Notes: generated by a model from the sequence alone, not told the origin. A stretch of DNA of 64,000 nucleotides from Eledone cirrhosa (GCA_964016885.1 OZ024743.1:225246001-225310000), one strand, 5' to 3'; counted from the stretch's first letter, positions 14,276-27,549 are shown. Made by a program: numbers and translations.

Positions 14276-15849
14276 ATTCACAGTCATAGATATATGCATG
14301 CACACACACACACACATACACACAGTTAAATTAAAAGAAAGATTCTCACACCACTAGAAAACTGTATAGTCTAGTCCTAGAAATGGGTATCAGATTCCAA
14401 GACTTTCAAGCTGTATAGAAGAGGTGCAATGACACATCTGTATATACATGTTAAACACTGTTCTGTCTATTTACTTTTGTTTCATTCCATTAGTTTGCAT
14501 TGATGAGTCTGCATATTGGCAATACCAAGACCTCTAAATAAACTTCAAAAATATCAGCTTGTGAAATGATTATTAGTTGAAAATAGAGAGAGCTGTGATG
14601 CAGAAAACACATTACTATTTTTAGCTACAGTTTCAAGCTATTTTATGTTTTCATTTCTTATTTAGTCAGTTATTTAGTCAGTTACTATGAATGTATTTTT
14701 AAAGTATCCCATCTTCACTGTTATAGATGTGTACATGCTGTATTTGTATGTACTGCTGCAAGCATGTTGAGTAGATAAACAATATTTTATCTTCATGTGT
14801 ATTATGTGCTGTATAGTAAATGATTTCTTGCTTTTGTTGTCCATAGTCCCTAATTCTTTTCTTCATTGGATGCAAATATAGCTAACTAATTAAGAAGTTT
14901 GCTTTGCAATCATGTGATCTTGAGTTTGATCCCATTTCACTTCATTTATTATAATCTCAGGTCAACCCAAGCCTTGTGAGTGAAATTGGATAAATAAAAA
15001 CTCTGTGGTAATTCCATTAGACAAAGTGTGTGTATCTATAATTCAAAGAGTCAGCCCTGTCCCATATTTTGTCAAGTTAATTCAATCCAAGAATTACCTT
15101 GAGGATAGCCGCTTAGATGGTAATTTAACAAGGAGGTCGTTCAGTTGATCAAACAACTTGAATGCTCATTATTGAAACCAACAGAGGATCTATTGACATC
15201 ATTCTTTTCTTCAAGCAAACACAGGGTAAAGAAACTCTATTTTCCTGTCACAGACAGCATTTCTAGTGTCATGATGTAAAGTGGTTGATGGTAAGAAGGC
15301 CACACAACTGTAAAACTATGCTCAAAGCAAACATAGCAATATTCTATTTTGCTGTACATATTATATGAGAAGATGGTTGCTAATATAGCTGATTGGTGAA
15401 AATTTTTGCTTTGCAATCATATGGTATGGGGTTTAATCCCACTGCATGACATCTTAGGTAAGAGTCCATACCATAACCTTGGGTCGACCTAATTGTTGTG
15501 AGTGAAACTGGGTGGATGGAAATGATGTGGAAGTTCATCAGATGAATTGTAGTTGTAAGTAGTAGGTAAATGATATAATTTACCCAGAACATTTTGCAAA
15601 GTGGTAGTGCTGGTGTCATGATAAAATGTTCCCAGTACATTCAATGAAGTGGTTGAGGTTAGAAAGGGCATCAAGCCATAGAGAATGCCAAAATTGAATT
15701 TATTAGTTTTAGATTATACATGGGCAACTATTTTCATCATAAGGCAGGTCATATTACTAAAAAAAATTAAGGTAATTTTGAAATTACATATGGCATTCAG
15801 AAAGCCTAATGGGCTGTATGTGGACAACAAGCAGGAGTTTGCCCATGGT

Positions 15850-16010
15850 TGCTTTAGGTCATCCATAAAAAGTAGATGGCTCGTTTCTCTCCTATTCTTT
15901 GCTAGAGATTATGAGAAAGAATGAGATGTTATGAGATTATAGCTATTAAGAACAAGATAGAAGAGAGGCTTTCTCCATGAAAAATTCCTCTTCTAATCTG
16001 TATAATTGCA
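15850..16010 (-). pseudogene. Reverse transcriptase remnant, R4/Dong-like non-LTR element
   Basis: Hand translation of the minus strand gives IQIRRGIFHGESLSSILF (QGDSLSP-like motif) and SHLLFMDDLK (catalytic YxDD-type motif at 15852-15878); absent from the ORF track. Confidence 0.65.
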
Positions 16011-16489
16011 AAATTTTATCTTCCTGATGATAAAACTACTTATCTAAAGTTGCATTGTATTTTCTAGAGGTGTTTAGCTTTTAATAAGATCTTGAACAGT
16101 TCTAGAGAAGGCTTGATTAATTATTGTAATTGTATGTATAAGGGGTGATTTGTGTAATTGCTGTATTTAAGAGCTAAATCAACAAAATCATTACTATTAT
16201 AATTATTGTTGGCATTGTGATTGTTTTTATTATTACTGTTAAATCTGTGGGGAGCCAAAAAAAAAAGTAGAAAATAAAATAAGAATAAAATTAAATATAC
16301 AGTTTACACCTATGCCTGTTTAGCTGCAGGCTTTTCAAGGATTTTTATGAGAGGATGTCTAGCTTTATCATGAAAAGCAATCTGATTGAAGCATCCAGCT
16401 CAGGAATTGAAGCTATGATCTTATGATCGTTAGTCCAATACCCTAAACATTAGGCCATGTAATTATAGCTATATAAACAAAATTATCAT

Positions 16490-16900
16490 TGGTGGATTGG
16501 CAGTATCAGTAGAGGGTCGGACACCATGCTTTGACGCATTGAGTTACAGCCCTTGCCATTCTGAGTTCAAACCCCGCCGAGGTTAATTTTGCCTTTCATC
16601 CTTACAGGGTCGATAAAATAAAGTACCAGTAATGCACTGGGTAATTGCTGGCCTTGTGCCAAAAGTAGAAACATTTATTTATGAAGTGGCAGAATCAGTA
16701 GAGCATTGGACCAAATGCTTCATGGCATAGAGTTATGTCTCTTTACTTTCTGATTTCAAATCCCGTCGAGATTAGCTTTGCCTTTCATCCTTTTGAGGGT
16801 TGATAAAATAAAGTACCAGTAACACACTGGGGTTGATTTAATCAACTTTCCCCTCTCCCCTTCAAATTGCTCGCCTTCTGCTTAAAGTAGAAACAATTAT
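16490..16900 (+). mobile_element. Two adjacent SINE family 1 copies
   Basis: GGTGGATTGGCAGTATC...GAGTTCAAACCCC...GATAAAATAAAGTACCAG...AAAGTAGAAAC; a second, more diverged copy follows. Confidence 0.75.
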
Positions 16901-17778
16901 TTGTGTTTTTCCTCTTCGTTCAGTTTTGTTTCTATAATTTGCCGAGTGTCTTCAAAACATAAGGCAGAGAAACTCAACACATACATTGATAAGCTACAAA
17001 AATAAACACACCAGAATTTTCACATCATGCACTTTACACAGTTACAAGTATATCATTTGTTTTATACATATGCACATTATCTTTTAAAAATCATATTTAC
17101 CACAGAATGATAATTAACCATATGCGAGTGCTTGATTCTTTACAACTTACATAATTATGGAACATAATCAAATAAAGTATATATATATATTGAAAATTGA
17201 ATTGAATTAGTTTTTTCCACTGTTTTTCAATTCGAGAAGCTCATATGCTGTTATTATTAGTAAAAAATACAGCAAAATTTACTAATTCAATCCAACTTTC
17301 AAATTCCACTGCCATCTTCTAAACATGTGATGTTTACATATATATTGCTGTTAAATTATAGCATCTAAATTTAGCAGAGAAAAATGGATGGGAAATTTAG
17401 TGTAATCGGCTAGCACACTTATGTTGAAAATATGTGTGGCTTTGATTCCCATGTATGCTGATGCCCATTTTTTGTCTCCTGTTATTATTAGTAGTCAAAA
17501 ATATGGCAAAATACAATTCAATTTTCAAATTCCACCGCCATATTCTAAAGGCGTGATTATATATATATATATACACATATATATATCATTGTTTAATGTG
17601 CATTTTCCATGCCAGCATGGGTCAGACATGCTGTCACATTGTGAGACAGCCAGGTCGGAGGACCGTATTTTGCTCACACAGAACTGATTTTGGCTTGGTT
17701 TCTATGACTGGATGCCCTTCCTAATGCCAACAACATTTACAGTGTGTACTGGGTGCTTTACACACACATATATATATA

Positions 17779-17957
17779 TCATGTTTAATATAGAAATGGC
17801 TTCTACAAGACTAGTAGAATTATTTCATTCAAAAGATGATTTCTTATGAATGAAACAGTTCTAGTCGTGTAGAAACCATTCCTATATTAAACATGATGTT
17901 TACACTCTACTAATGTATTGAGTACCTCACTAACTGTGGTTACCCCGATTGAACCCG
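17779..17957. repeat. Fold-back pLTR-like fragment with truncated hammerhead
   Basis: Inverted arms 17779-17830 / 17848-17896; GATGATTTC...GAATGAAACAGTTCTAGTC..GTAG; homologous to 59318-59500. Confidence 0.65.
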
Positions 17958-18409
17958 CATCAAATGGAACAAAACTGTCTAACCCATGCTGGCGTGGAAG
18001 ATGGACGTTAAACGATGACCCAACGTTGCTCAGGAAAAAGATAACTCAATCAGCAGACAATATCTTGGAAAATAATAATTGCAAATCTGCATAAATATAT
18101 AAAATGAAACACTTATATTATCTGTGTGTGTATACATGCGTGTATGCATGAGTGCATGTATGTGTTTTCTTGCTTTTGTCTCACAACTTAATAATTCAGC
18201 AAATAGATATCAATAAGTAATGGACTGAAATAAGCACTAGCATCAAGATTGACGAAACTCTTTAAGAGGTTTCCCTATATAGTCACAGTCCTGTTGAAAG
18301 ACTGAAATGAAATCAATGAAAGATCTGATTTATTTTTATTGTTAATGTTCATTTGATTTGTTGGTTGTATGTGTGTAGAACTAAAAGATTACTGCACCGC
18401 ACAGACATC

Positions 18410-18783
18410 CAATCCACACTGTAAAGTGCTTGTGTAGGTGACACGACAAAAAGCACCCAGTCCACACTGTAAAGTGGACATATAAGAGACACGGTAAAAA
18501 GGCTCCCAGTCCACACTGTAAAATGGTTGTGTAGATGTCACGACAAAAAGCATCCAGTTCACACTGTAAAGTGGTCATGTAGGAGACATGGTAAAAAGAC
18601 TCCCAGTCCACACTGTAAATGTAGTTGGCGTTAGGAAGGACATCCAGCCATAGAAAACCTACCAGAAACAGTTCTATATGAGTGAGACACAGTCACCCGA
18701 CCAATCTTGCCTCAAGTGGGACAAACCTGTCCAACCCATGCTAGCATGGAAGATGGATGTTAAACGATGATGATGATGATGAC
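18410..18783 (+). mobile_element. RTE 3' UTR with ~39-bp tandem subrepeats and (GAT)n tail
   Basis: Repeated CCAGTCCACACTGTAAA units followed by the RTE tail. Confidence 0.75.
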
Positions 18784-19199
18784 AAACACACTCCAGCCTC
18801 TATTCCTACCGATACTGTAATGGTATCTACTCTTCAGAGCTTGCTGACCTCATTTCCTCTCAACATATATATTGTGTCGAACTCCCGAAATGCAGCATTA
18901 ACCACTATTTACAGTCCTTCCTTTCAAAACTTCATCCAGCCCTCTGGAAGTCTTTTCTTGTATGTCTTTCATGCAGGAATTGACTCACAACAATTTAAAC
19001 TAAACATTAACAATTGCAAACTCGTAAATCTCAGAACACATACAAAAGTTGTATGAACAGATCCTTCCTCTGGCCCTAGCAAATAATATTAAAAAAATAC
19101 ATAACACACTACTACCCACTATCATATCAATACATAAGGAAACACATGCCATTACCACAATTACCACACCATACAACCACTCAATATATAATGTGTGTG

Positions 19200-22100
19200 T
19201 GTGTAAAATAACCTTCTCGCTCGTTTAATTATGGTCGAAATTCTAGGATTTTATAAAATAACCTTCCTGATTCTTCACCCGCCCCCTATACATTGTATAC
19301 ACGCCTGCTGGCTCTCTCTCTCAATCCCATCCCCTCTCTCTTCAAATATAAAATAAACTTGTTGCGGGGTACGAAACTCAGAATTTGTCGACCCCTTATT
19401 CTTGGCTACATCGCTCGCTCGCTCTTCTGTGTAATGTAATGTACAAATCCTATTTTTCTAGTCCCTCCATGTTCCCTGGTCCATTCATCTATCTGTATCA
19501 TATTGTCCAGAATCCAATCTTTTCTTTTTCAATGCTATTCGATAATTCTGTCTGATCATTCAAAATAATTTTCTTGTATTTTAAAATCCCATAATTCTTC
19601 TCTTATTACAGTTATATGCTCCTGCGATTATGACCAAAATTTGTGGATTTTATTTTATAACCTTCTCGCTAACTACCCCAGATCCCTCCGCCCCCACTCT
19701 CCACCATTATTATTTGGACCAATCATAATCTAGCAGCCTGTGTTATCACTTCTTAAGTTTAGAGCTGGTTGCCTTTCGATATGATGGATGGACTACGGAA
19801 TTCTGGAGAGTCTGAAAAATCTGGACACTCAGTGACAATGCCAAAGATAAAGACAAATTCACCTCATGCTGCCAAACGAGAATGCAAGGACTCCTCCTCT
19901 TTATTTCGGCCGCGGATGGCTAACATAGCCCCATCTCCCTCACCCCTCCCTGCGCCCCATCCTTCCCACCCACCAAACGCAATCCAAAACTTCAGAGTTG
20001 GCACCATGAATGTAGGCACCTTAAAAGGTCACTCTAACGGGCTTGTAGAGATGCTTGAACGTAAGGAGGTTGATGTTTGCTGTATTCAAAAGACCAGGTG
20101 GAGGGGTGGGTCTGCTAGATTCATTGTGGGTAAAAAACGATGTTATAAGCTTTTCTGGGTGGGAAATGACAATGGGCTGGGTGGAGTAGGATTCATGCTA
20201 GCAGAAAAATGGGTAGATAAGATAATAGATGTAAATAGAGTGAACGACAGATTAATTAAAATAAGACTTGTCCTCAATAGAACTACTGTGACAATAATAT
20301 CTGCATATACACCCGAATCTGGACTGTCTGGCGTTACAAAAGACAGATTCTATGAGTTGTTAATGCTCACTACCTCCCAAATAACCGACAGTGACTATAT
20401 AATTATTGCTGGCGACCTAAATGGACACGTTGGACAACACTGTGACGGCTATGATGGAATCCATGGAGGCTATGGGTTTGGTACTAGAAATTAGGAAGGC
20501 GCCAGAATCCTGGAATTCTGTGACGCAAATAACCTAACTATCTGTAACACAAACTTCAAAAAACGAGACAATCACTTGATTACCTATAGATCAGGGGAAC
20601 ATGCCAGTCAGATACATTATATCCTTACCAGAAGACATGACAGAGTGTCTGTTGTAAACACTAAATCCCTCCCCCAAAAAGAATGCACCTCCCAACATAG
20701 CCTCATAGTTAGCGACCTCATAGTCAGGACGAGACGTACTCGACAACAGAGGAGGACTATCCTTAGGAGAAAAATATGGAAGTTAAAGGACCCCACAGCC
20801 AGTAATAAATTTAAAAGCATATTACTTGATGCTTTTGACAGTAAGGAAGAGCAATTAGTGTTGTACAATATAGAGGAACAGTGGGAATTCCTGAAAGCTA
20901 ACCTGCTCAAGGCGACAGATGAAATCTGTTGCTGGAGCAGACCTATAGGCAGGAGGAGAGTAACTTGGTGGTAGAACAGTAAGATGGAGGAGTCGATCAA
21001 GGCCAAAAGCAGGCTTGGAAAGTATGACGGGATGGGGAAAGTAGAGAAGACTATCAAGTGGCCAGGAGGGAAGCTAGGAGACAAGTGTACTTCGCAAGAA
21101 GGGAAGCAGAGGAAAAAAAGTTCAAGCATGTTCTACAACGAGAGGACCAAAAACGTGAGGTGTTCAGGATTGCTAGACAATGTGTCAAGGAAAACCGTGA
21201 TATTGTCGGGGAGAAGTGTGTCCATAATGATGATGGTGTACTTGCCATCACTGACGCTGATAAGAAGGTAGCTTTGAAGTGTCACTACGAAAGGCTACTA
21301 AATGAGGAGAATAATAGGGGAAAGACAGTCTCCCCCACATCGATCCAATAGAGGGACCAGCAGTGCAAGTTGAAGGTAGTATAATAAGTAAGGCAATCAA
21401 AGATATGAAGATGGGCAAGGCGGCTGGGCCTTCGGAAATAGTTGCTGAAATGCTGAAAGCATCTGGAATGGTGGGACACACTATGGTCACCCGGATAGTA
21501 AACCAAGTCATACAGAATGGGGTCATTCCGAAGGACTGGCGTAGCAGCATCATCATTAACTGCTACAAGGGTAAAGGAGATGCCCTAGATAGGGGAAACT
21601 ATAGAGGCATTAAATTAATTGACCAGGTCATGAAGGGCACAGAAAAAGTAATAGCGCAACTAATCAGAGAGCGAATTGATCTAGATGAAATGCAGTTCGG
21701 GTTTGTGCCCGGTAAAAGTACCACAGACGCTCTTTTCATTGTACGACAACTACAGGAGAAGTACCTAGCTAAAAGTAAACCCCTATACTTAGCTTTCGTT
21801 GACACGGCAAAAGCTTTTGACAGAGTCCCACACCCCATTATCTGGTGTGCTCTCAGAAAAGTAGGTGTTGATGAATGGCTTGTGAGAGCTATACAAGCCA
21901 TGTATAAAGAAACAGTCAGCAAGGTTAGAATTAACAACGAATATAGTGAAGAGTTTAGCGTATAAGTTGGTGTTCATCAGGGCTCCGTCCTTAGCCCCCT
22001 CCTAATTATTATCGGCCTCCAGGCTATAACAGAGGAGTTCAAGACCAGCTGCCCATGGGAACTTCTATAAGCAGATGATCTAACACTCATAGCCGAATCA

Positions 22101-23401
22101 ATGGCTGAACTAGAGAAGAAATTCCAAACATGGAAGCATGGCCTAGAATCAAAAGGCCTAAAAATTAACTTGTCTAAGACTAAAGTTCTAATATGTAGGA
22201 AGGAAAATAGGGCACTGATCCCATCTGGGAAATGGCCATGCTCATTGTGTAGGAAAGGAGTAGGCAGAAACTCCATTTTATGTCCCAAATGCAAAGTATG
22301 GGTGCATAAAAGATGTAGTGGGATCACAGGTAAGCTAACTAAGAAGATAGATTTTATATGTGGCCGGTGCTCTGGTGCAATAAGTAGCAGCAAATGCCCA
22401 CAGAATACTAGCTCATTCCATTGCCCAGATGGTTCTACAGAAATAGTGGACACCTTCCGTTACCTGGGTGACAAAATCAGCAGTGGTAGAGAGTGCTCCG
22501 AAAGTACTGTAGCTAGAGTCAGAACGGGATGGAAAAAGTTCAGAGAGCTTATACCACTATTGGCCGCTAAAGGGTTCTCTCTAAAAATGAAAGGCAGGCT
22601 GTATGATGCCTTCATACAAACAGCGATGTTACATGGCAGTGAGACATGGGCCTTGTGTGCAGAGGATCTACGCAGACTGGAGAGGAACGAAGCTTGCAAT
22701 TCTCCGTTGGATGTGTAATAGTAATATACGCGAACGGCAAAGCATAAATGAACTAAGTGAGAAATTAGGAATAAGAGGGATCAGATGCTGTTTACTCGAG
22801 AGAAGACTACGTTGGTATGGTCATGTGATGCGCATGAAAGACGACAGCTGTACAAAAAGGTGCAGGACGATCAAGATAGACGGTATTACGGAGTAGGCAG
22901 ACCCAGAAAAACCTGGGACGACTTGATAAATTCCAACCTCACACACTTAGATCTCTCCAAGACAATGTCACCGGACCGAGATCTTTGGCGCTATGCAGTA
23001 ATACAGAAGATCCGCCTTGCCTAAGTACAAAGCGAAACCTAGTCAGTAGGTACCTCTTAACTAAATTACACCCCCATCCCACTACCCCTACCCCCACCCA
23101 CACCACCCCTTTGATGTAAAGTTATGTTGGTACCACAACATCCAGTCATAAATAAATGAGGTTGTGTAGGTGTCACGACAAAAAAAACACACAGTCCACT
23201 GTGTAATGTGGCCGTGTAGGTAACACGGTAAAAACCTCCCAGTTCACACTGTAAACGAGGTTGGTGTTAGGAAGGGCATCCAGCCGTAGAAAACCCGCCA
23301 GACAGTCCTGAGCAAGACAACCAATCTTGCCTCAAGTGGGACAATTCCCGTCCAGATCCATACTAGCGTAGAAGACGTTAAATGATGATGATGATGATGA
23401 T
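19200..23401 (+). mobile_element. Near full-length RTE-clade LINE (5' boundary approximate)
   Basis: APE endonuclease, RT, Cys-rich insert, 3' UTR and (GAT)n tail in collinear order. Confidence 0.9.
19769..23024 (+). pseudogene. RTE EN-RT ORF, inactivated by stops and frameshifts
   Basis: GTMNVGTL, GDLNGHVG, SQH (APE); NYRGIKL, QFGF, KAFD, GVHQGSVLSP (RT); catalytic YADD is *ADD (TAA at 22068-22070); CSLC..CPKC..H..C..CGRC Zn-finger-like insert. Confidence 0.9.
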
Positions 23402-23419
23402 ATATATATATATATATAT

Positions 23420-23925
23420 ACTGTAAATGTGGTTGGTGTTAGGAAGGGCTTCCAGCTGTAGAAAACCCGCCAGACAGTCCTATGCGAGCAAGACAACCAC
23501 TCTTGCCTCAAGTGGGAAAACTCCCGTCCAAAACCATGCAAGCGGGGAACATGGACGTTAAACGATGATGATGATGATGATATATATTGTGGAGGCACGT
23601 GGCTTAGTGGTTAGAGCATTGGCCTTGCAATCGAAAGGTTGTGAGTTCAATTCTCAGACAGGGTGTTGTGTTGTTTCCTTTCTTTATTTGACATTGCTCC
23701 AGTTTACTCAGCTGTAGAAATGAGATGATAAGGACTGGGGTCCATATCATACCACTGCAAAGTGGTCGTGGAGGTGCCACGGCAAAAAAGCACCCAGCAC
23801 TCACTGTAAATGAGGGTGGTGTTAGGAAGGGCATCCAGCTGTAGAAATCAAGCCAGCATCAGTTCCCATCCCACCCTTGCAAGCAGGGAAAAAGCGGACG
23901 TAAAATGAAATGATGATGATGATGA
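23420..23925 (+). mobile_element. Extra RTE tail copy (23420-23581) followed by SINE family 2 (23590-23925)
   Basis: Duplicate RTE tail with (GAT)n; GGAGGCACGTGGCTTAGTGGTTAGAGC head; RTE-like tail. Confidence 0.75.
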
Positions 23926-24218
23926 TATCTGTGTGTGTGTGTATATATATGTATATACATATATATGTGTGTGTGTGTATTATATATATATATGTATAGT
24001 GGAAAATGAAGGAAATTCCTTGGTACAGTAAAATATATTTGAAAAACAGAAGAATAACTTCCCTGGTGGTTGATGTTCTTTAATAATTCAAGTCATTATT
24101 GAAATTAGTACTTGTTAACTAATATCAATAACGACTTACTTTAAAATTTGAATTATTAAAGAGCACCAACCACAAGTGAAGTCATTCATCTCATTTTTCA
24201 AATATATAATATATATAT

Positions 24219-24420
24219 TTAGTTATGTGATAAACAACATAAGATAATTAATTCATTTACGAGTGGTTTCTTGAAGACAGATATTTATATTATAGTCGTC
24301 AGAAAGAATAACATAGATTCCATGTTATTCTTTCTGACGACTGAAGACATATAAATATCTGTCTTCAAGAAACCACTGGTAAATGAATTAATTATCTCAT
24401 GTTGTTTATTACATAACTAA
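24219..24420. repeat. Fold-back pLTR fragment
   Basis: TTAGTTATGTGATAAACAACAT... / ...ATGTTGTTTATTACATAACTAA arms; inner hairpin 24295-24341. Confidence 0.75.
24327..24388 (+). ncRNA. Type I hammerhead
   Basis: ATTCTTT-CTGACGA-cTGAAGACA..TGTCTTCAa-GAAA-CCACTGG-TA-AATGAAT. Confidence 0.65.
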
Positions 24421-24529
24421 AAAGCTCTGTAGCCTACATAGAACACTCTCTTTTCCTTTACCTTTTCTACGGAAATACTTCATATATATAAATATATATA
24501 TACTATACATACATTTATGTATACATCGT

Positions 24530-24840
24530 TATTTCAGAGCATCAATACTAATACCTTATTTTTGCTGGACCGGAAATCGCTCTGTGTAATCAGCTCCTGA
24601 TTATTACTGGAATTCTATAAGAATCCAGCAACTATAATTTCTGGCAAAGGCAGGTGAGTGCATGGCTTTGATAAACACCAAGCAGCGAGAAACAGCTGTC
24701 AGCCACTCTCCCAGCCTTTGCCGAAAATATAAGTAAGTGACATAGTCACTACTTTAAAACTGATAGCAAATGGTCTTCTAAATGTTTTTAATTAAACATA
24801 TATTCATGTATTCATCACTATTTCAGAGCACCAATACTAA
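24530..24840 (+). repeat. Diverged ~290-bp retrozyme-like unit related to the 310-bp repeat at 55431
   Basis: Terminal redundancy ATTTCAGAGCA.CAATACTAAT at 24531 and 24820; shares GGACCGG.AA.CGCTCT, TTCTATAAG and GGTCTTC.AAATGTTT...AAACATA with the 310-bp unit. Confidence 0.7.
24663..24705 (+). ncRNA. Hammerhead with U3-A8 variant core
   Basis: TGGCT-TTGATAA-..-GAAAC-AGCT-GTC-AGCCA; outer helix GGCAAAGGC/GCCTTTGCC; helix II degenerate. Confidence 0.6.
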
Positions 24841-25264
24841 TATATATATATAAATAATATATCATACATCGTAGGACACCTTTGATCATGAATGATCATG
24901 GTTTTACACGTAGAAAGTTTCCCTACAAGACACAAGCCTGTTTATGGAAGACCAGCAGTCGTCCATGCATGCCAGTTTCCCCTCTCCACATCACTGATGT
25001 TGTTCAAATGAAAGGCAATGACCAATACAGCTTGGCATCAGTGATATCACAACTCATTTTTACAGCTGGATGAGATGCAGTTTGGATTTGTGCTGGCAAA
25101 AAGCACCACTGAGGTCCACGGAGTGAAAACTTTAATTCTATTTTTAGGCCGAGCCGGCTGACAGCTCCATATGCAAATGGGGCTAATCAGCCCATATACA
25201 TATGTGTCAAAACTATATATTTTTGCCTATATTATTTTCCAGCAGAGAACAGGGTAGGGGAAGC

Positions 25265-25308
25265 ACTACTTTGATAATGGCCATCAGCCAGAAACAATTA
25301 TCAGTAGT
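25265..25308 (+). ncRNA. Hammerhead with U3-A8 variant core
   Basis: ACTACT-TTGATAA-TGGC-catca-GCCA-GAAAC-AATT-ATC-AGTAGT; outer helix TTCCAGCAGA/TCTGCTGGAA. Confidence 0.65.
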
Positions 25309-25571
25309 TACCTTCTCCTGCTTCTGCTGGAATTTGCTAGATGGCGCTAGCCATCAGTTTCTAAGCTTCTAAAATTCATAGCAAAAGGCTTTCAAATGTT
25401 TATTCGTAAACATACTGTATATCATTAGAGCTACAAAATACATGTACTTATATGTATACAGCTATGTTGGAGCAAACACTTTAATAAATATATATATACA
25501 AACATACATATACACATATATATATATATATACATATATATAGATAGATATCTTGTGTATAACGTGGTTAT

Positions 25572-25602
<31 letters not shown>

Positions 25603-25610
25603 GAGAGAGA

Positions 25611-26315
25611 ATTGAAATTAGATATAATGGTAAATTTCTCGCCTAGGCAGAGATTACATGTTCTGGATAGGTAAGAATTCAAGTAGCGAAAGGCAGAACA
25701 AACCTTCCTCCAAGAGATGTTATAGTTAATATTTTTGTCTTTCAAGGACCATATGAGTTCCGAGAGTGCCGTGTTAGTTCTTTTAAGTTGGTATCTAAAA
25801 GACGAATTGTGATTATAAAATCTAGCTTTGAAGGAGGCGGAGGTGGAACCGAAATAGGTAAAGGAATTGGTATCAGTTATAACCTTACATTCATAGACTA
25901 AGTTTTTATCAAGACAATGGTTATTAAGAGGACATTTAGTTCTAACAGGGCAATTACAATTACGATTAGAGAAATTAACAGAGTTATTAACAAGTGACCT
26001 AGTGTTATTTATAGGAGGAATTGGATTGGAGAAGTTATTTACGATAGGAATAATAGTTTCTTGATTTAGATTTATTTTTCATATGTTGATATGTTTTTTA
26101 AGCTTCATATCATGTCTCCCTATTTTATCTGATGAGAACGCAGATATCATCCCATGATGATATTTGTTTTTGAAATGCGCATAATAAAATACTTGGAACT
26201 CTTTTAACCATCTTTTGATCTTATATTATTTATACTCCAGTCCTACAAACTGTACAGTGCTACTTATCCGATATTTGCATTGCTTTACTGTGCTACAATA
26301 AAACTCACCTCCTAC
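25611..26315. mobile_element. PLE family A remnant: GIY-YIG fragment (-, 25611-26072) joined to inverted pLTR (+, ~26075-26315)
   Basis: Minus strand matches 41785-42240 (CNCP..CPLNNHC..VYECKV..YFG..CNLC); plus part matches 43218-43392 and 58283-58545. Confidence 0.85.
26121..26191 (+). ncRNA. Type I hammerhead, PLE family A pLTR
   Basis: Identical motif to 12249-12319. Confidence 0.8.
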
Positions 26316-26319
26316 ACAC

Positions 26320-26384
<65 letters not shown>

Positions 26385-26742
26385 CAAGACAAGGAAAGAT
26401 AAAGAGGTGAGAGAGCTGTAGATGTTAATTATATGGCTATTTTGGATATTTGGTTGATAATTAGTTTAATATTAAACCAAGTTAAAATAAGATTAAAAGC
26501 TGAATGTTATTAGAAAGTCCACATGTTAATGAGGATTTCTGATTAGCAATTAACCTTATTAGTTTCAGAAAACTCTCTATAATTGGGACACATTGAGTGG
26601 GGGGTTGGGATGTATAGTTAATAATCAGGCATAAGTGTTGGATAAGAAACTCCACCCAACACCCTGGAACTCGCGAGAAGGTCATTTCCTGTTAGCTTTG
26701 AATAACATCTTGATAAAGTGCATAATGACAATGAAAGAACTA

Positions 26743-26830
<88 letters not shown>
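26743..26830. repeat. (GAAA)n microsatellite
   Basis: Seen directly in the sequence. Confidence 0.95.
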
Positions 26831-27549
26831 AAAAAGAAAAGACATGAGACCAATTATGAATAATTAATGGTTTAAATAACAGCAAAGAAAGAAGAAAGAG
26901 AGAAAAAGATATTAGGGAAAGTTTAAAAAGAAAAGAATAGAGAATGGATTGTAGTAGAGAGAAATGTAATCATATATAATTAATGCAACAGTGTTCTTCA
27001 GTGCAATGGTGAAACTGACATACAAACAGACAGACAAATTCATCATTAAGTAATAGATTTCATGTTGTTAGGTCAAATATTGGTGATGTAGCCCTCACCT
27101 TCTTGAAATTTATGATTTGGCAGGCAGTAGTATGAACAGATATTAAAAGGGAGCATTAAAAAGAAAAGGTTACATGATAAGTAGAAATGCTTGATCTCCA
27201 TTGTAGTTTGGCAGGGTTTACATAAGGAGAAAATGGAACAAAGTTATAGTTCAGAAAATGTTGAAAGAAAGTTGAAAGTTTAAAATTAGGAGCTGATTGT
27301 CAGATTGGGCCAAGGAAACTATATTTCCATTGATCTTTCTCTTGCTGATACTATCTTCCAATCAGAACTCCTGGAAGAAGAAAAAGATGGAATTTGAAAT
27401 CAGAACTGAGAATGCACAGGGCTGAATTAGATACCTCAAAGGATAGGATCCTATTTTAATCTTTAACAACTCTGCCAACCTACAGCCCCAGAACTGCATG
27501 AAACATAAATATAAAATGATGATGATGGGAATATATAATCTGAGATCAA

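Noticed and set aside
20617-22699. Minus-strand ORFs over the RTE (also 1542, 4289, 56684, 61842 opposite their elements)
   Set aside because: Antisense shadows of transposon coding sequence.
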